This document shows positions 10,801 to 20,311 of a DNA stretch of 64,000 nucleotides, in pieces (within the stretch, counting starts at the first letter, position 1; the number at the start of each line of letters is the position of its first letter). The translations under genes were made by a program, and so were the position numbers. Location: contig JBFWJC010000003.1 of NCBI GenBank assembly GCA_050253415.1, positions 64,001 through 128,000 on the forward strand, in the 5' to 3' direction. Origin of the DNA: Pedobacter sp. Lineage in GTDB: Bacteria; Desulfobacterota; Desulfuromonadia; Desulfuromonadales; Syntrophotaleaceae. The notes beneath the pieces were generated by a model, which worked only from the letters and a program-made list of their open reading frames with translations, searched no databases and had not been told where the DNA came from.

Positions 10801-11928
10801 ATGGAAGAAGAAAATCAGAAACTCAAACATCCAGTGGATAAAATAATCAACGTACGTTGCCTGCCGGAATACTACAGTGGGTGTCTTTTGGGGGGCGCGG
10901 TTGCTGATGCTCTGGGGGCATCTGCCGAAGGCTTGAGCCCGGCTGCTATCCATGAGCACTTCGGGGCGGCGGGAGTGCGCGATTATGGGCTGGTTTTTGG
11001 CCGCGAGGGCGCTGTTACCGCGCATACCCAACTGGCTTTATTTACCGCCGAGGGTGTACTCAGGGCTAAGGTCAAGGCCGAGGAATATTCGACCCCATTG
11101 TCGATTGTGGCGCCGGTTTACAATGCTTATCAACGCTGGCTAGCGACTCAGGACGGTATCTGCGATGCGAGTATGTTTGTCGGTATCGGCGGCGGCCAAC
11201 TGATACGTTGGCCCGACCTATACCAGAATCGCCATGCCGAGGCTTGTTGTCTCGAGGCTTTGACCGGTGGTCGCCTGGGACAGCCGGACTTACCTATAAA
11301 TGATGATCGTGGGTGCGGCGCAGCCGTGCGTATGGCTCCTCTGGGGCTGTTTTATTGCTCGGAAAGTATTTTCAGGCGCCTCGACCCGGCTACAGTCGAT
11401 CAAACGTTATTTACCACCGGTTGCCAGTTAGGTGCTCTGACCCATGGGCACCCCGATGCTTTTCTGGCCGCAGCCTGTCAGGCATTGCTGGTTTTCAGGC
11501 TGATTCGGGGCGATGAACTTTATGACGCCGTGCAAAATACTCTGGCTATCCTTGTTCAACATCCGCGTCATGAACCGTGCCGCAGTCGTCTTGAAGACGT
11601 GTTGACGGGTAACCACGGAGCAGAAACGCCTGACGACGAGAATTACATGACGGCTTCACAGATTCTGGCGCAAGCCATTCGGTGTGCGCTGGAGGCTCAT
11701 GGAGATTTTTCACGGGGTGTGTTGGCGGCGGTCAACCTTGGTGGTCCGAGCGCCGGTCGCGCAGCTTTGACCGGCCAGTTGCTGGGTGCCTCGCTGGGAC
11801 GCGGCAGCATACCCGATGGCTGGTTGAGGCGGTTGGAATTGCACGATGTCATCGACGGGATATCCGAGGATCTTTTTGTTGGCTTTGAGCCGAGTGGCAA
11901 CTGGTTGGAGAAATACCCTGCGTGGTAA
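10801..11928 (+). CDS. ADP-ribosylglycohydrolase-family protein with a degenerate active site
   Basis: GCLLGGAVADALG, GCGAAVRMAP and THGHP are retained, but TAHT replaces TDDT and GPSAG replaces GDxDT. Confidence 0.85.
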   Translation: MEEENQKLKHPVDKIINVRCLPEYYSGCLLGGAVADALGASAEGLSPAAIHEHFGAAGVRDYGLVFGREGAVTAHTQLALFTAEGVLRAKVKAEEYSTPLSIVAPVYNAYQRWLATQDGICDASMFVGIGGGQLIRWPDLYQNRHAEACCLEALTGGRLGQPDLPINDDRGCGAAVRMAPLGLFYCSESIFRRLDPATVDQTLFTTGCQLGALTHGHPDAFLAAACQALLVFRLIRGDELYDAVQNTLAILVQHPRHEPCRSRLEDVLTGNHGAETPDDENYMTASQILAQAIRCALEAHGDFSRGVLAAVNLGGPSAGRAALTGQLLGASLGRGSIPDGWLRRLELHDVIDGISEDLFVGFEPSGNWLEKYPAW

Positions 11929-12075
11929 TCCTTGAATTCGGAATTCCTTTTATGCTTTCATGAAAGGCACAGATCTGAATTAATAATGGACGTCCAACTG
12001 CTGCAGGTATCACCCTTTGGAAAGTCCATTGTTGTAAAGGGATGAGAAGACTGTTTTTCCGGTGAGGAGTGTTTA

Positions 12076-12792
12076 ATGCCTGAGCAACCTGCCAGTCGTA
12101 AATGGACCGCATCCCTTTTGCTAAAGGGGGCATTGATACTGTTGCTGATCCTGCTGTTGCTGGTTTTTTTGCATTATCTGGGACCGCAGCAGTTGTTGCA
12201 ACAGGCACTCTCGATGATCGATGGTTTGGGAGCATGGGGACCACTGTTGTTTGTTGTTCTGTATGTGCTGGCGACGGTATTCATGATCCCCGGTCTGATC
12301 CTGACCCTGGGGGCGGGGGTGCTGTTCGGGGTCTTGCAGGGCACGGTCCTGGTCTCGGTTGCCTCCATTCTTGGCGCCACGGCTGCCTTTTTGCTGGGGA
12401 GGTCAGCGGGCAGGGAGCGGGTAGCGGCGCATATTGCCAAAAATCCCCGGGTTGACGCGATTGATCGGGCTGTGGCCCGCGAAGGCTGGAAAATTGTAAT
12501 GTTAACCCGGCTTTCGCCGGTCTTTCCCTTTAATGTGCTTAATTACGCTTTTAGTCTGACGCGCGTTTCCTTACGACATTATTTCTGGGCCTCGTGGCTG
12601 GGTATGTTGCCCGGTACCGCCATGTACGTTTATGTCGGTTCCCTGGCCGGGGACCTGGCGCGTCTGGGCAGCGGGGAAGCAACACGTACCGCAGGTGAAT
12701 GGGCCCTGTACCTGGTAGGACTGGTCGCCACGGTGGCGGTGACCTTGTACGTGACCCATGTAGCGAGGGCGGCTTTGCGGGATAAGGTCTGA
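12076..12792 (+). CDS. TVP38/TMEM64 (DedA/VTT domain) membrane protein
   Basis: Hydrophobic; ILTLGAGVLFG, RLSPVFPFNVLNYAFSLT, GMLPGT. Confidence 0.9.
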   Translation: MPEQPASRKWTASLLLKGALILLLILLLLVFLHYLGPQQLLQQALSMIDGLGAWGPLLFVVLYVLATVFMIPGLILTLGAGVLFGVLQGTVLVSVASILGATAAFLLGRSAGRERVAAHIAKNPRVDAIDRAVAREGWKIVMLTRLSPVFPFNVLNYAFSLTRVSLRHYFWASWLGMLPGTAMYVYVGSLAGDLARLGSGEATRTAGEWALYLVGLVATVAVTLYVTHVARAALRDKV

Positions 12793-12815
12793 CTCGTTGA
12801 TAAAATATTTTGGTT

Positions 12816-12867
12816 TTCTCACCACCCGCTTGATGCTCTCGCTGGAGCCTCAAGCGGGTGGTGAGAA
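12816..12867. repeat. Intergenic inverted repeat with 18-bp perfect arms
   Basis: TTCTCACCACCCGCTTGA...TCAAGCGGGTGGTGAGAA, with no U-tract. Confidence 0.7.
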
Positions 12868-12956
12868 TGCCTTGCTGACTTGGCACCGTCCATTCTCTAC
12901 ACTTCTACCGGAGCCATGTGCATAACCGTAAAATAACAAATCCGAAAGGGTTCTGC

Positions 12957-15900
12957 ATGGAATTCGAGCTTCACCGCTGGCAGCGTTTGGAATGGCAGGG
13001 GATGCCCCTTTATCTGCGGCCTGACCAGCCGTCCTGGTTTGTGCCCAATACCTCCGGCGATCGCGTTTTATGTGCCTTGCAAGAGGATTCATCGGTTCCG
13101 TCGGACTACGCCGTTCAGCGTTTTTTACAGCGACTTCCTGTAGGTGCCGCATCCGATTACCCAGGCCGTGGCCATCTGTTGCAAACAGATACCTTGCGTG
13201 AACTCTGGTTTCATGTCACCAACCGCTGCAATATGAGTTGTCGGCATTGCATGTTCGGTTCGGGACCACGCGACAGCGCAGAACTCGATGCTGATCGCAT
13301 AATTGAACTGGCGCGGCAGGCTTCGTCACTCGGTTGTCGCGTGTTTGCCCTGACCGGTGGCGAACCGCTGGTCCATCGACGTTTTGAGTATATTGCCCGG
13401 AACCTGCTGGAGCTGCCGGACAGCCGTCTGGTGCTCATGACCAACGGTATGCTGTTGAGCAAGGTGTTGCCCCGGATTCTGGTCGACCGGCAACGCTTGC
13501 ACCTGCAGATCAGCGTCGACGGCCTGCGCGGCCGGCATGATCGCTTGCGCGGCGCCGGCAGTTTCGACGGATTGATGGAGCAGTTGCGTTGGCTGCGTCG
13601 TCACAAGATGCCATTTACCCTGTCCATGTGCGTGACGGCCTCCAATGTGGACGACATGCCTGGGATCATCGGTCTGGCTGCCGAGCATGGCAGCAAAAAT
13701 GTTCATTTTATGTGGTACTTTGTGCGCGGCCGTGGCGGGGAAGAAGATTCCGTGGACAGTGAGCGTATCTTTTCCCATCTTCTGCGGGCGCAGGCAGTAG
13801 CCGAACGACATGGCATTACCATCGATAATCTGCAAGCCCTTAAAACCCAGATTTTCGCCCCTCCGGGCACCGTGCATGATGGATCCAACAATGGGTGGGA
13901 ATCGCTGGCGGTAGGTGCGGACGGTCGGATCTATCCCTCGGCAGCCCTGGTTGGCGTGCCGGAACTGGCCTCGGATATCACCCTGGATCTGGCTACGACC
14001 TGGCGCAACAGTTCGGTATTGGAATCAATCCGCCAGACTACCGCTGCAGAGCTGACTTCCCCCTGGCGCTTTTTGCTGGGCGGTGGCGACCTCGATCACA
14101 GCTACCTGGCCAGCGGACGCTATGTCGGAGGAGACCCGTATCTGCCGTTGTATGAAAAAATGGCTTGCTGGCTGATTAAACGTCAGTCGGCTTTGCAGTC
14201 GGATGCCGGCAAGCCCGGGTTGCGGCTTAAAATGGGAGATATGCTGGAAAGCTGCGGCGCTCACGGAGCGGTGGCGCTGCTGCATTCCAACTGTCTGCTG
14301 GCCCTGGCCGGCCAGGACAGCCATGCGGCGGTCAAGGACTATTATCGCGCTGCAGCCACCGAGGATCGCGAGGAAATCCTCAACCCCGTCTGCTATGACG
14401 AGGCCCTTATCGCTCATATTCCCGAAAAATATCGGTTTCGTGGTTATGGTTGCGGCAGCCCGGTCCTCGATGCCGCACTGCAACCGGGCGAAACGGTCGT
14501 CGATCTCGGTTCGGGACGGGGTGTCGAATGTTTTATTGCTGCCCGTCAGGTTGGTGCCCGTGGCAAGGCGATCGGGGTCGACATGCTCGAACCGATGCTG
14601 GCTGCTGCGCAGCTTGGCGCCGCAGCGGTAGCTAACAACCTTGGTTATCGCAACCTTGAATTCCGGCATGGCTACCTGGAGCAACTGCCGCTGGAGGATC
14701 AGTCCGTGGACGTGGTGCTGTCCAACTGCGTCATGAACCTGTCGCCGGATAAACGGCGGGCTTTTGGCGAGATTCTGCGGGTGTTGCGACCTGGCGGTCG
14801 ATTGGTTATTTCCGACGTGGTTTGCGAAGAAGAACCGGGTGCGGTCATACGCAACGACGACATCCTGCGCGGAGAATGCATCGGCGGGGCTCTTACCCAA
14901 CGCGACCTGGTGGGCATTCTCGAAGAAGCAGGGTTTAGTGCGGTGCGACTGCTCAAGCGTTTCCCCTACCGGGTGGTGGGTGGGCATCCCTTCTTTTCGC
15001 TGACTTACCAGGCGGTTAAAAGGGTATCCACCGAGGCGGTCAGGGTACTTTGGCGGGGTCCTTTGTCGGCGATCACCCCGGATGGTGCTGTGTTGGTGCC
15101 CGGTGACATTACCACCCTGGATCGGGTGCAGGCTGATCTGATGGGGGAGGGGGTATTCCAACTCGATGCGCAGGGCGCCGTGACCAATCTCGATCTGGGT
15201 CAGAGTTGCTGCTGTACCCTGCCTCCGGAGTCCCGGCAACCGGAGTCGACGCATAGCGTCCCCCGGTTTCTATCCGGTTGCATGGTCTGCGGGGCGTCCC
15301 TGAGGTATCTTGATCAGGACCAACAACAGGAGTGTCACTTCTGTGGGGAGCCAGGGACCACCCGCGCCATCTGCACCAATGGGCATTATGTATGCGATGC
15401 TTGTCACGCCGAAGATGCCCGACAAGTCATTGAACGTGTTTGTCTTGCCACCGGTGAAACGGATATGCTGAAGCTGTTCGCCGAGATTACCGCACATCCG
15501 ACGTTTCCCGATAATGGACCGGAATATCATGCCCTGGTACCCGGCGTGATATTGGCCACTGCGCGCAACCTTGGATTGCAGGTCTCAAACGAGACCCTGC
15601 TGGCCGGTATTCGACGCGGGGCGCAGGTATCTGGCGGCAGCTGTGCCTTCTGGGGGGTATGCGGCGGGGCAACCGGTGTCGGGGTGGCCTTCAGCCTGCT
15701 TCTCGAAGCAAATCCCATGAAAGCCATGGCCCGCCAGGCGGTGCAGACTGTTGTACAGCAGGTGTTGGCCGAGATCAGCAGCCTGCAGGCAGCGCGTTGC
15801 TGCCGACGGGACAGCGTAATGGCACTGCGAAGAGCGGCGCAGCTTTCGGCAGGATTGCTTTCGGTTACGCTGCGAGCGGAGGATGCTATCGCCTGCTCGG

Positions 15901-15995
15901 ACCATCGACAGAAAGAAGGTTGCCTGGGGCGTCAATGTCCCTTGAGGAAGGAGTTTCGGCTGCTTTCCCGCGGGAGCGGCACGGAGGATAAATAA
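12957..15995 (+). CDS. Fusion: radical SAM domain + ArsM-like class I methyltransferase + Cys-rich C-terminal (DUF5714-like) domain
   Basis: CNMSCRHC and TGGEP; YGCGSP, VVDLGSGRG, SNCVMNL, GECIGGAL; CMVC, CHFC, GHYVCDACH, GSCAFWGVCG, RCCRR. The ORF is open from 12918. Confidence 0.85.
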   Translation: MEFELHRWQRLEWQGMPLYLRPDQPSWFVPNTSGDRVLCALQEDSSVPSDYAVQRFLQRLPVGAASDYPGRGHLLQTDTLRELWFHVTNRCNMSCRHCMFGSGPRDSAELDADRIIELARQASSLGCRVFALTGGEPLVHRRFEYIARNLLELPDSRLVLMTNGMLLSKVLPRILVDRQRLHLQISVDGLRGRHDRLRGAGSFDGLMEQLRWLRRHKMPFTLSMCVTASNVDDMPGIIGLAAEHGSKNVHFMWYFVRGRGGEEDSVDSERIFSHLLRAQAVAERHGITIDNLQALKTQIFAPPGTVHDGSNNGWESLAVGADGRIYPSAALVGVPELASDITLDLATTWRNSSVLESIRQTTAAELTSPWRFLLGGGDLDHSYLASGRYVGGDPYLPLYEKMACWLIKRQSALQSDAGKPGLRLKMGDMLESCGAHGAVALLHSNCLLALAGQDSHAAVKDYYRAAATEDREEILNPVCYDEALIAHIPEKYRFRGYGCGSPVLDAALQPGETVVDLGSGRGVECFIAARQVGARGKAIGVDMLEPMLAAAQLGAAAVANNLGYRNLEFRHGYLEQLPLEDQSVDVVLSNCVMNLSPDKRRAFGEILRVLRPGGRLVISDVVCEEEPGAVIRNDDILRGECIGGALTQRDLVGILEEAGFSAVRLLKRFPYRVVGGHPFFSLTYQAVKRVSTEAVRVLWRGPLSAITPDGAVLVPGDITTLDRVQADLMGEGVFQLDAQGAVTNLDLGQSCCCTLPPESRQPESTHSVPRFLSGCMVCGASLRYLDQDQQQECHFCGEPGTTRAICTNGHYVCDACHAEDARQVIERVCLATGETDMLKLFAEITAHPTFPDNGPEYHALVPGVILATARNLGLQVSNETLLAGIRRGAQVSGGSCAFWGVCGGATGVGVAFSLLLEANPMKAMARQAVQTVVQQVLAEISSLQAARCCRRDSVMALRRAAQLSAGLLSVTLRAEDAIACSDHRQKEGCLGRQCPLRKEFRLLSRGSGTEDK

Positions 15996-16083
15996 AATCA
16001 GGGGGTGGAGTGTCGACGGCTATCCGCCAATCAGGCAACTTTCCCCTGAAAAAAAGTTTTTTTAACGATTTTCGGAGAATACC

Positions 16084-16563
16084 ATGGACATAACTTTTAG
16101 CCCCATCGGCACCATTCGCACCCCCTTTGCTGAAATTAAAGGTACTCCGGTGCAACCCTCCGCCTCACGCGGCACCATCGGGCGTATTGAACTCAACGAA
16201 GACCTCGTCCCGGGGCTTTCCGACCTGGATGGTTTTTCCCATCTCATCCTGATCTACCACTTTGATCGCAGCAGTGGTTACAACCTGGAAGTGCTGCCCT
16301 TCATGGACACGCAACCGCGTGGCTTGTTTGCAACCCGAGCCCCCAAACGCCCCAACCCCATCGGCCTGTCCGTCGTCAAATTGTTGCGCATCGAGGGTTC
16401 GGTGCTGCATATCGAAAACATCGACGTACTGGATGGCACGCCGCTGCTCGACATCAAACCCTACGTGCCCCAACTGGACCAGGCACCCGAGGTACGCATC
16501 GGCTGGATGGCGGACAAAATGGAGTTGGCAGCTGTGGCCACTGCTGACGAGCGGTTTAAATAA
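16084..16563 (+). CDS. tsaA: TsaA/TrmO-family SAM-binding protein (tRNA t6A37 N6-methyltransferase-like)
   Basis: PIGTIRTPF, GLFATRAPKRPNPIGLS, DGTPLLDIKPY. Confidence 0.88.
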   Translation: MDITFSPIGTIRTPFAEIKGTPVQPSASRGTIGRIELNEDLVPGLSDLDGFSHLILIYHFDRSSGYNLEVLPFMDTQPRGLFATRAPKRPNPIGLSVVKLLRIEGSVLHIENIDVLDGTPLLDIKPYVPQLDQAPEVRIGWMADKMELAAVATADERFK

Positions 16564-16641
16564 CTTTTCAGGCACGACCTTTAATGGCATCGTGCCATGC
16601 GGGCCGCCGAGTATTCCGTTATCCTTAAAAAAATGAAAAAC

Positions 16642-16720
16642 AGGGATACTCAGGATGTTCAGGATAAGACCCTGTAGACCAATCTTTTGGTTTTAATCCT
16701 GGGTATCCTGCATATCCCTT
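16642..16720. repeat. REP-like imperfect inverted repeat built from AGGAT-containing units
   Basis: AGGGATACTCAGGATGTTCAGGATAA...TTAATCCTGGGTATCCTGCATATCCCT, between convergent genes. Confidence 0.55.
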
Positions 16721-16832
16721 TTATGTTCAGACATGATTGAAATGCAATCAGTGGCAATATTGACAGCAGCCGCTCGCTGGTTTTTTTCAGGCACACGCAC
16801 CGCAGGATGTTTTGCTGCGAATCGCTGACACA

Positions 16833-17468
16833 TCAATGAATGAAATTCATGAAGGTTTTAGCTTCTCTCTCTGGTGCTTCGACCGTGTTTTTGCCGTTTT
16901 CAACCAGTTTCATCATCCATGCCATGTTCTTCCCCAACACCCGCATGATCTGTACGCCCTCTGCGTCTTGGGTTGCTTCCCCCGGACGGGTTCCATGAAT
17001 CACATTCCAATAGTTGGAAGTCGCTATCAACATCTCTGAATAGCATAAATAATTGTTCAGTTGATCGAATGTGGGCAGGCCGCCTGAGCGCCTTACTGCG
17101 ACAACGCATGCGCCGACCTTGTGGCGTAGCATGCCATTATTCATGCTGGTCACATAGAACGCCCGATCAAGAAACGATTTCATGGAACCAGCTATGGCCG
17201 AGAAATAAACCGGGGAGCCTAAAAGGATTCCATCCGCCTGTTTCATTTTTTGAATCCACTGATTGACCTCATCGCCCGGCAGCACACATTGTTCATTTTT
17301 ATTTTTTATGCACTTGTTGCAAGCGATACATCCCTGGATCTTCTGGTTTCCAACCTGGATAATTTCAATTTCTATTCCCTCTTTTGCGAGTTCCGCAGCA
17401 ACCAGGTTTATGGCATGAAAGGTGTTGCCCTCTTTGTTTGGACTGCCGTTAAATGCGAGCATTTTCAT
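16833..17468 (-). CDS. Iron-sulfur flavoprotein / multimeric flavodoxin
   Basis: NGSPNKEGNT, CIACNKC...C, GSPVYF, RRSGG. Confidence 0.9.
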   Translation of the reverse strand: MKMLAFNGSPNKEGNTFHAINLVAAELAKEGIEIEIIQVGNQKIQGCIACNKCIKNKNEQCVLPGDEVNQWIQKMKQADGILLGSPVYFSAIAGSMKSFLDRAFYVTSMNNGMLRHKVGACVVAVRRSGGLPTFDQLNNYLCYSEMLIATSNYWNVIHGTRPGEATQDAEGVQIMRVLGKNMAWMMKLVENGKNTVEAPEREAKTFMNFIH

Positions 17469-17572
17469 CGTTTGTTTCTCCTGTTGGGTGTGTTTTGCCT
17501 GGGTCGGAAAAGGCTCTGTTTCCTTTTGAAATCAATTGCGTTATATTTATTCATACGATCATAGAAAGCAAT

Positions 17573-17612
17573 TACGTACTTTCTGGGTACGTAGTATCTT
17601 TTTAGGTACGTA
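17573..17612. promoter_or_regulatory. Tandem palindromic operator, probably for the adjacent HxlR regulator
   Basis: TACGTAC-TTTCTGG-GTACGTA followed by GTATCTTTTTAGGTACGTA, between the divergent genes. Confidence 0.55.
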
Positions 17613-17628
17613 AACATCAGGAGTCGAG

Positions 17629-17979
17629 ATGCAAACAAATCAGACGGCAGCGAAACCTATGATTTATCGGGACAAGGAATACAAATGTGGCATTGACGTC
17701 ACCCTGGCAGTGGTCGGAGGGAAATACAAGGCATCGATCCTCTGGCACCTGGCGCAGGACGTCATGCGGTTTTCCGAGTTGCAGCGGCAATTCTCAAACA
17801 CTACCCGCAAAATGCTGACTCAGCAACTGCGAGAACTTGAAGCCGACGGATTGGTGCACCGTGAGGTCTACCCGCAGGTGCCGCCCAAGGTTGAATACTC
17901 ACTGACCGTGAAGGGAAGAAGTATCTATCCCATTCTTGAAAAAATGTGTGAATGGGGACAGGTGTTTTTGCAGGATTGA
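17629..17979 (+). CDS. HxlR/DUF24-family winged-helix regulator
   Basis: N-terminal Cys (YKCGID), RFSELQR, MLTQQLRELEADGL, PPKVEYSLT. Confidence 0.93.
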   Translation: MQTNQTAAKPMIYRDKEYKCGIDVTLAVVGGKYKASILWHLAQDVMRFSELQRQFSNTTRKMLTQQLRELEADGLVHREVYPQVPPKVEYSLTVKGRSIYPILEKMCEWGQVFLQD

Positions 17980-18212
17980 AGATGTCGTTTCGTTTTATCT
18001 GTCAGGGGGGAAGGCGTAGCAAAATATCCGTATGTTCGTCGGCACGATATGGAAAAGCATTATGGACATTAATGTCCTTTACTTATAGGATGGCCCGAGT
18101 AAGAAGATGTGCATGATTCCGCCACGTCCCGTTCAGTGGATCCGTCAGTATGAAAGTTCAACCGCGGATAAATGGCAATTCCCGCATGATTCCGAGAATA
18201 AGGGAGAATGTA

Positions 18213-18911
18213 ATGCAAAATATTCGGACTGAAAAATTAAAATTATTTTGCAAGGGCTGGGGGTACTCCTTCATCATTGCTTTCGTAATCGCAACCTCTT
18301 TCAAGTCAGCTGTAGCTGACTGGAATATTGTCCCTACCGGTTCTATGAAACCCACTATTGTGGAAGGGGATCGAATATTTGTGAATAAGCTGGCTTATGA
18401 CTTGAAAATCCCATACACAACATTTCATATTGCGGAGTGGAGTCATCCCCAACCAGGCGACATCGTGGTTTTTTATTCACCTGCGGATGGAAAACGTTTG
18501 GTTAAAAGGGTGGTCGGGAAACCTGGCGATACGATAGAAATGCAGAATAATCAACTCGTCATAAACGGGAAAAGGCTTTCTTATGATCCTGTTAACGACT
18601 CGGAAATAAATGGTTTTTCCCCTGCTATGGATGCGAACCAGTATGCCTTTCTCGAAAACCTTAGCCAAACACGCCATCCTTTAATGATTACACCTCAACG
18701 TTCAGCGCTTCGCTCTTTTGGTCCTGTGGTGATTCCAGAGGGTAACTATTTTATGATGGGGGATAATCGTGACAACAGCGCGGATTCAAGATATTTCGGT
18801 TTCGTCGAGCGAAGCCGCGTTGTCGGCCAGGCTACATCTATCGTTATTTCCCTCGATATCAATGATAAATATCGGCCGCGTTGGGGGCGGTTTTTTACCG
18901 AGTTGCCATAG
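18213..18911 (+). CDS. lepB: Signal peptidase I
   Basis: PTGSMKPT (catalytic Ser), LVKRVVG (catalytic Lys), GDNRDNSADSRYFG. The ORF is open from 18150. Confidence 0.93.
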   Translation: MQNIRTEKLKLFCKGWGYSFIIAFVIATSFKSAVADWNIVPTGSMKPTIVEGDRIFVNKLAYDLKIPYTTFHIAEWSHPQPGDIVVFYSPADGKRLVKRVVGKPGDTIEMQNNQLVINGKRLSYDPVNDSEINGFSPAMDANQYAFLENLSQTRHPLMITPQRSALRSFGPVVIPEGNYFMMGDNRDNSADSRYFGFVERSRVVGQATSIVISLDINDKYRPRWGRFFTELP

Positions 18912-19162
18912 ATTTTGAATTTAAATGACTGACAAACCAGGTAGCGCACTTAAAAACCCAGGGCATAGTATTTTGCGGATGTCCGTTTAATCAACTCTCT
19001 ACGACCTTGGCGATTGTCAGTTTTACGCCCTGTTCCACTATGCGCGAAAGTTTGTGAACATTCACTGCCCTGATTTCCACCGATCAAACCTTTTCATGGA
19101 TTTGTTCGTAACCTGTCCAGCGTTCAGACCATCCTCCCCCCAAATCTGACAATATACGATGG

Positions 19163-19234
19163 CGTTAGTCCTTGAGATACATAACGCATTTGACAATTAC
19201 GCGCGGGATTCGTTATATTTCCCAAGACATATCG
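19163..19234 (+). promoter_or_regulatory. Two ModE-type boxes flanking a TTGACA promoter element
   Basis: CGTTAGTC-N8-ACATAACG (19163-19186) and CGTTATAT-N8-ACATATCG (19211-19234); TTGACA at 19190-19195. Lies upstream of the oxyanion ABC operon. Confidence 0.7.
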
Positions 19235-19321
19235 CATGCTGTAACCTATTGCCTGTCCGGATGATGGGCGGGTTCTGCCGCGATTTTATGCTACTTGGGG
19301 AGTTTTTAAGGAGGAAGAACA

Positions 19322-20305
19322 ATGGTGCAAAATTGGGTACGTCGTGGTTGTTTCCTGGTTTGTCTGATGTTGGTGTTGTCGGTGCCGATGATGGCGTTCG
19401 CTGCTCCTTCCGGCAAACTGATTATTTTTCATGCCGGTAGTCTTTCGGTGCCTTTTGCAGCTATGGAGAAGGCTTTTGAGGCCAAATATCCCGATATCGA
19501 CGTGTTGCGTGAAGCCGGCGGCAGTACCAAGATGGCGCGCCTGATTTCGGAAACCGGGAAACCTGCCGATATTATGGCTTCTGCCGATTATACCGTTATC
19601 GACAAGACTCTGATCCCCGGCAATGCGGCTGTCAATATCCGTTTTGCCACCAATCAACTGGTGCTTTGCTATACGGACAAAAGCAAATTTGCCGACGAGA
19701 TCAACGCTAAAAACTGGCCGGAAATCCTGCAACGCAAGGACGTGGTCTGGGGTCATTCCGAACCCAATCTCGATCCCTGCGGGTATCGCAGTCTGATGGT
19801 TTTGCAACTGGCGGAAAAATTCTATAACCAACCGGGATTGAATGAAAAAATGTTGGCCAACCGTCCGGAAGCGAATGTTCGTCCCAAGGCGGTGGAATTG
19901 ATCACCCTGCTGCAGAACGGCGATATGGATTATGCCTGGGAATACCGGTCCGTGGCGGTGCAGCACGGCCTCAAGTTCGTTACCCTGGATGATCATATCA
20001 ACCTCGGCAATTATCAGTTGGACGATTTTTACAAGCAGGCCAAGGTTCAGGTTACTGGCAATAAACCCGGCACGTTCCTCACTCGCACCGGCCAGTCCGT
20101 GACGTACGGTGTGACACTTCTCAACGATGCTCCCAACAAGGAAGCCGCAGCGGCTTTTCTGGCTTATCTGCTCGATCCTAACGGTGGCTTGAAAATCCTT
20201 GAAGAGATGGGACAGCCGCCGTTTGTACCCGCGCGCGTTCCGACCGCCGCAATGCAAGCAAAGTTGCCTGCTTCCGTGCAGTCGCTTGTAGAGGTCAAGG
20301 AGTAA
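19322..20305 (+). CDS. wtpA: Tungstate/molybdate ABC transporter substrate-binding protein
   Basis: Signal peptide; [31 protein letters not shown]. Confidence 0.88.
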   Translation: MVQNWVRRGCFLVCLMLVLSVPMMAFAAPSGKLIIFHAGSLSVPFAAMEKAFEAKYPDIDVLREAGGSTKMARLISETGKPADIMASADYTVIDKTLIPGNAAVNIRFATNQLVLCYTDKSKFADEINAKNWPEILQRKDVVWGHSEPNLDPCGYRSLMVLQLAEKFYNQPGLNEKMLANRPEANVRPKAVELITLLQNGDMDYAWEYRSVAVQHGLKFVTLDDHINLGNYQLDDFYKQAKVQVTGNKPGTFLTRTGQSVTYGVTLLNDAPNKEAAAAFLAYLLDPNGGLKILEEMGQPPFVPARVPTAAMQAKLPASVQSLVEVKE

Positions 20306-20311
20306 GTCTGC

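Noticed and set aside
12880..12897. sigma54 promoter TTGGCACCGTCCATTC before the radical SAM fusion
   Set aside because: The -12 GC dinucleotide is missing.
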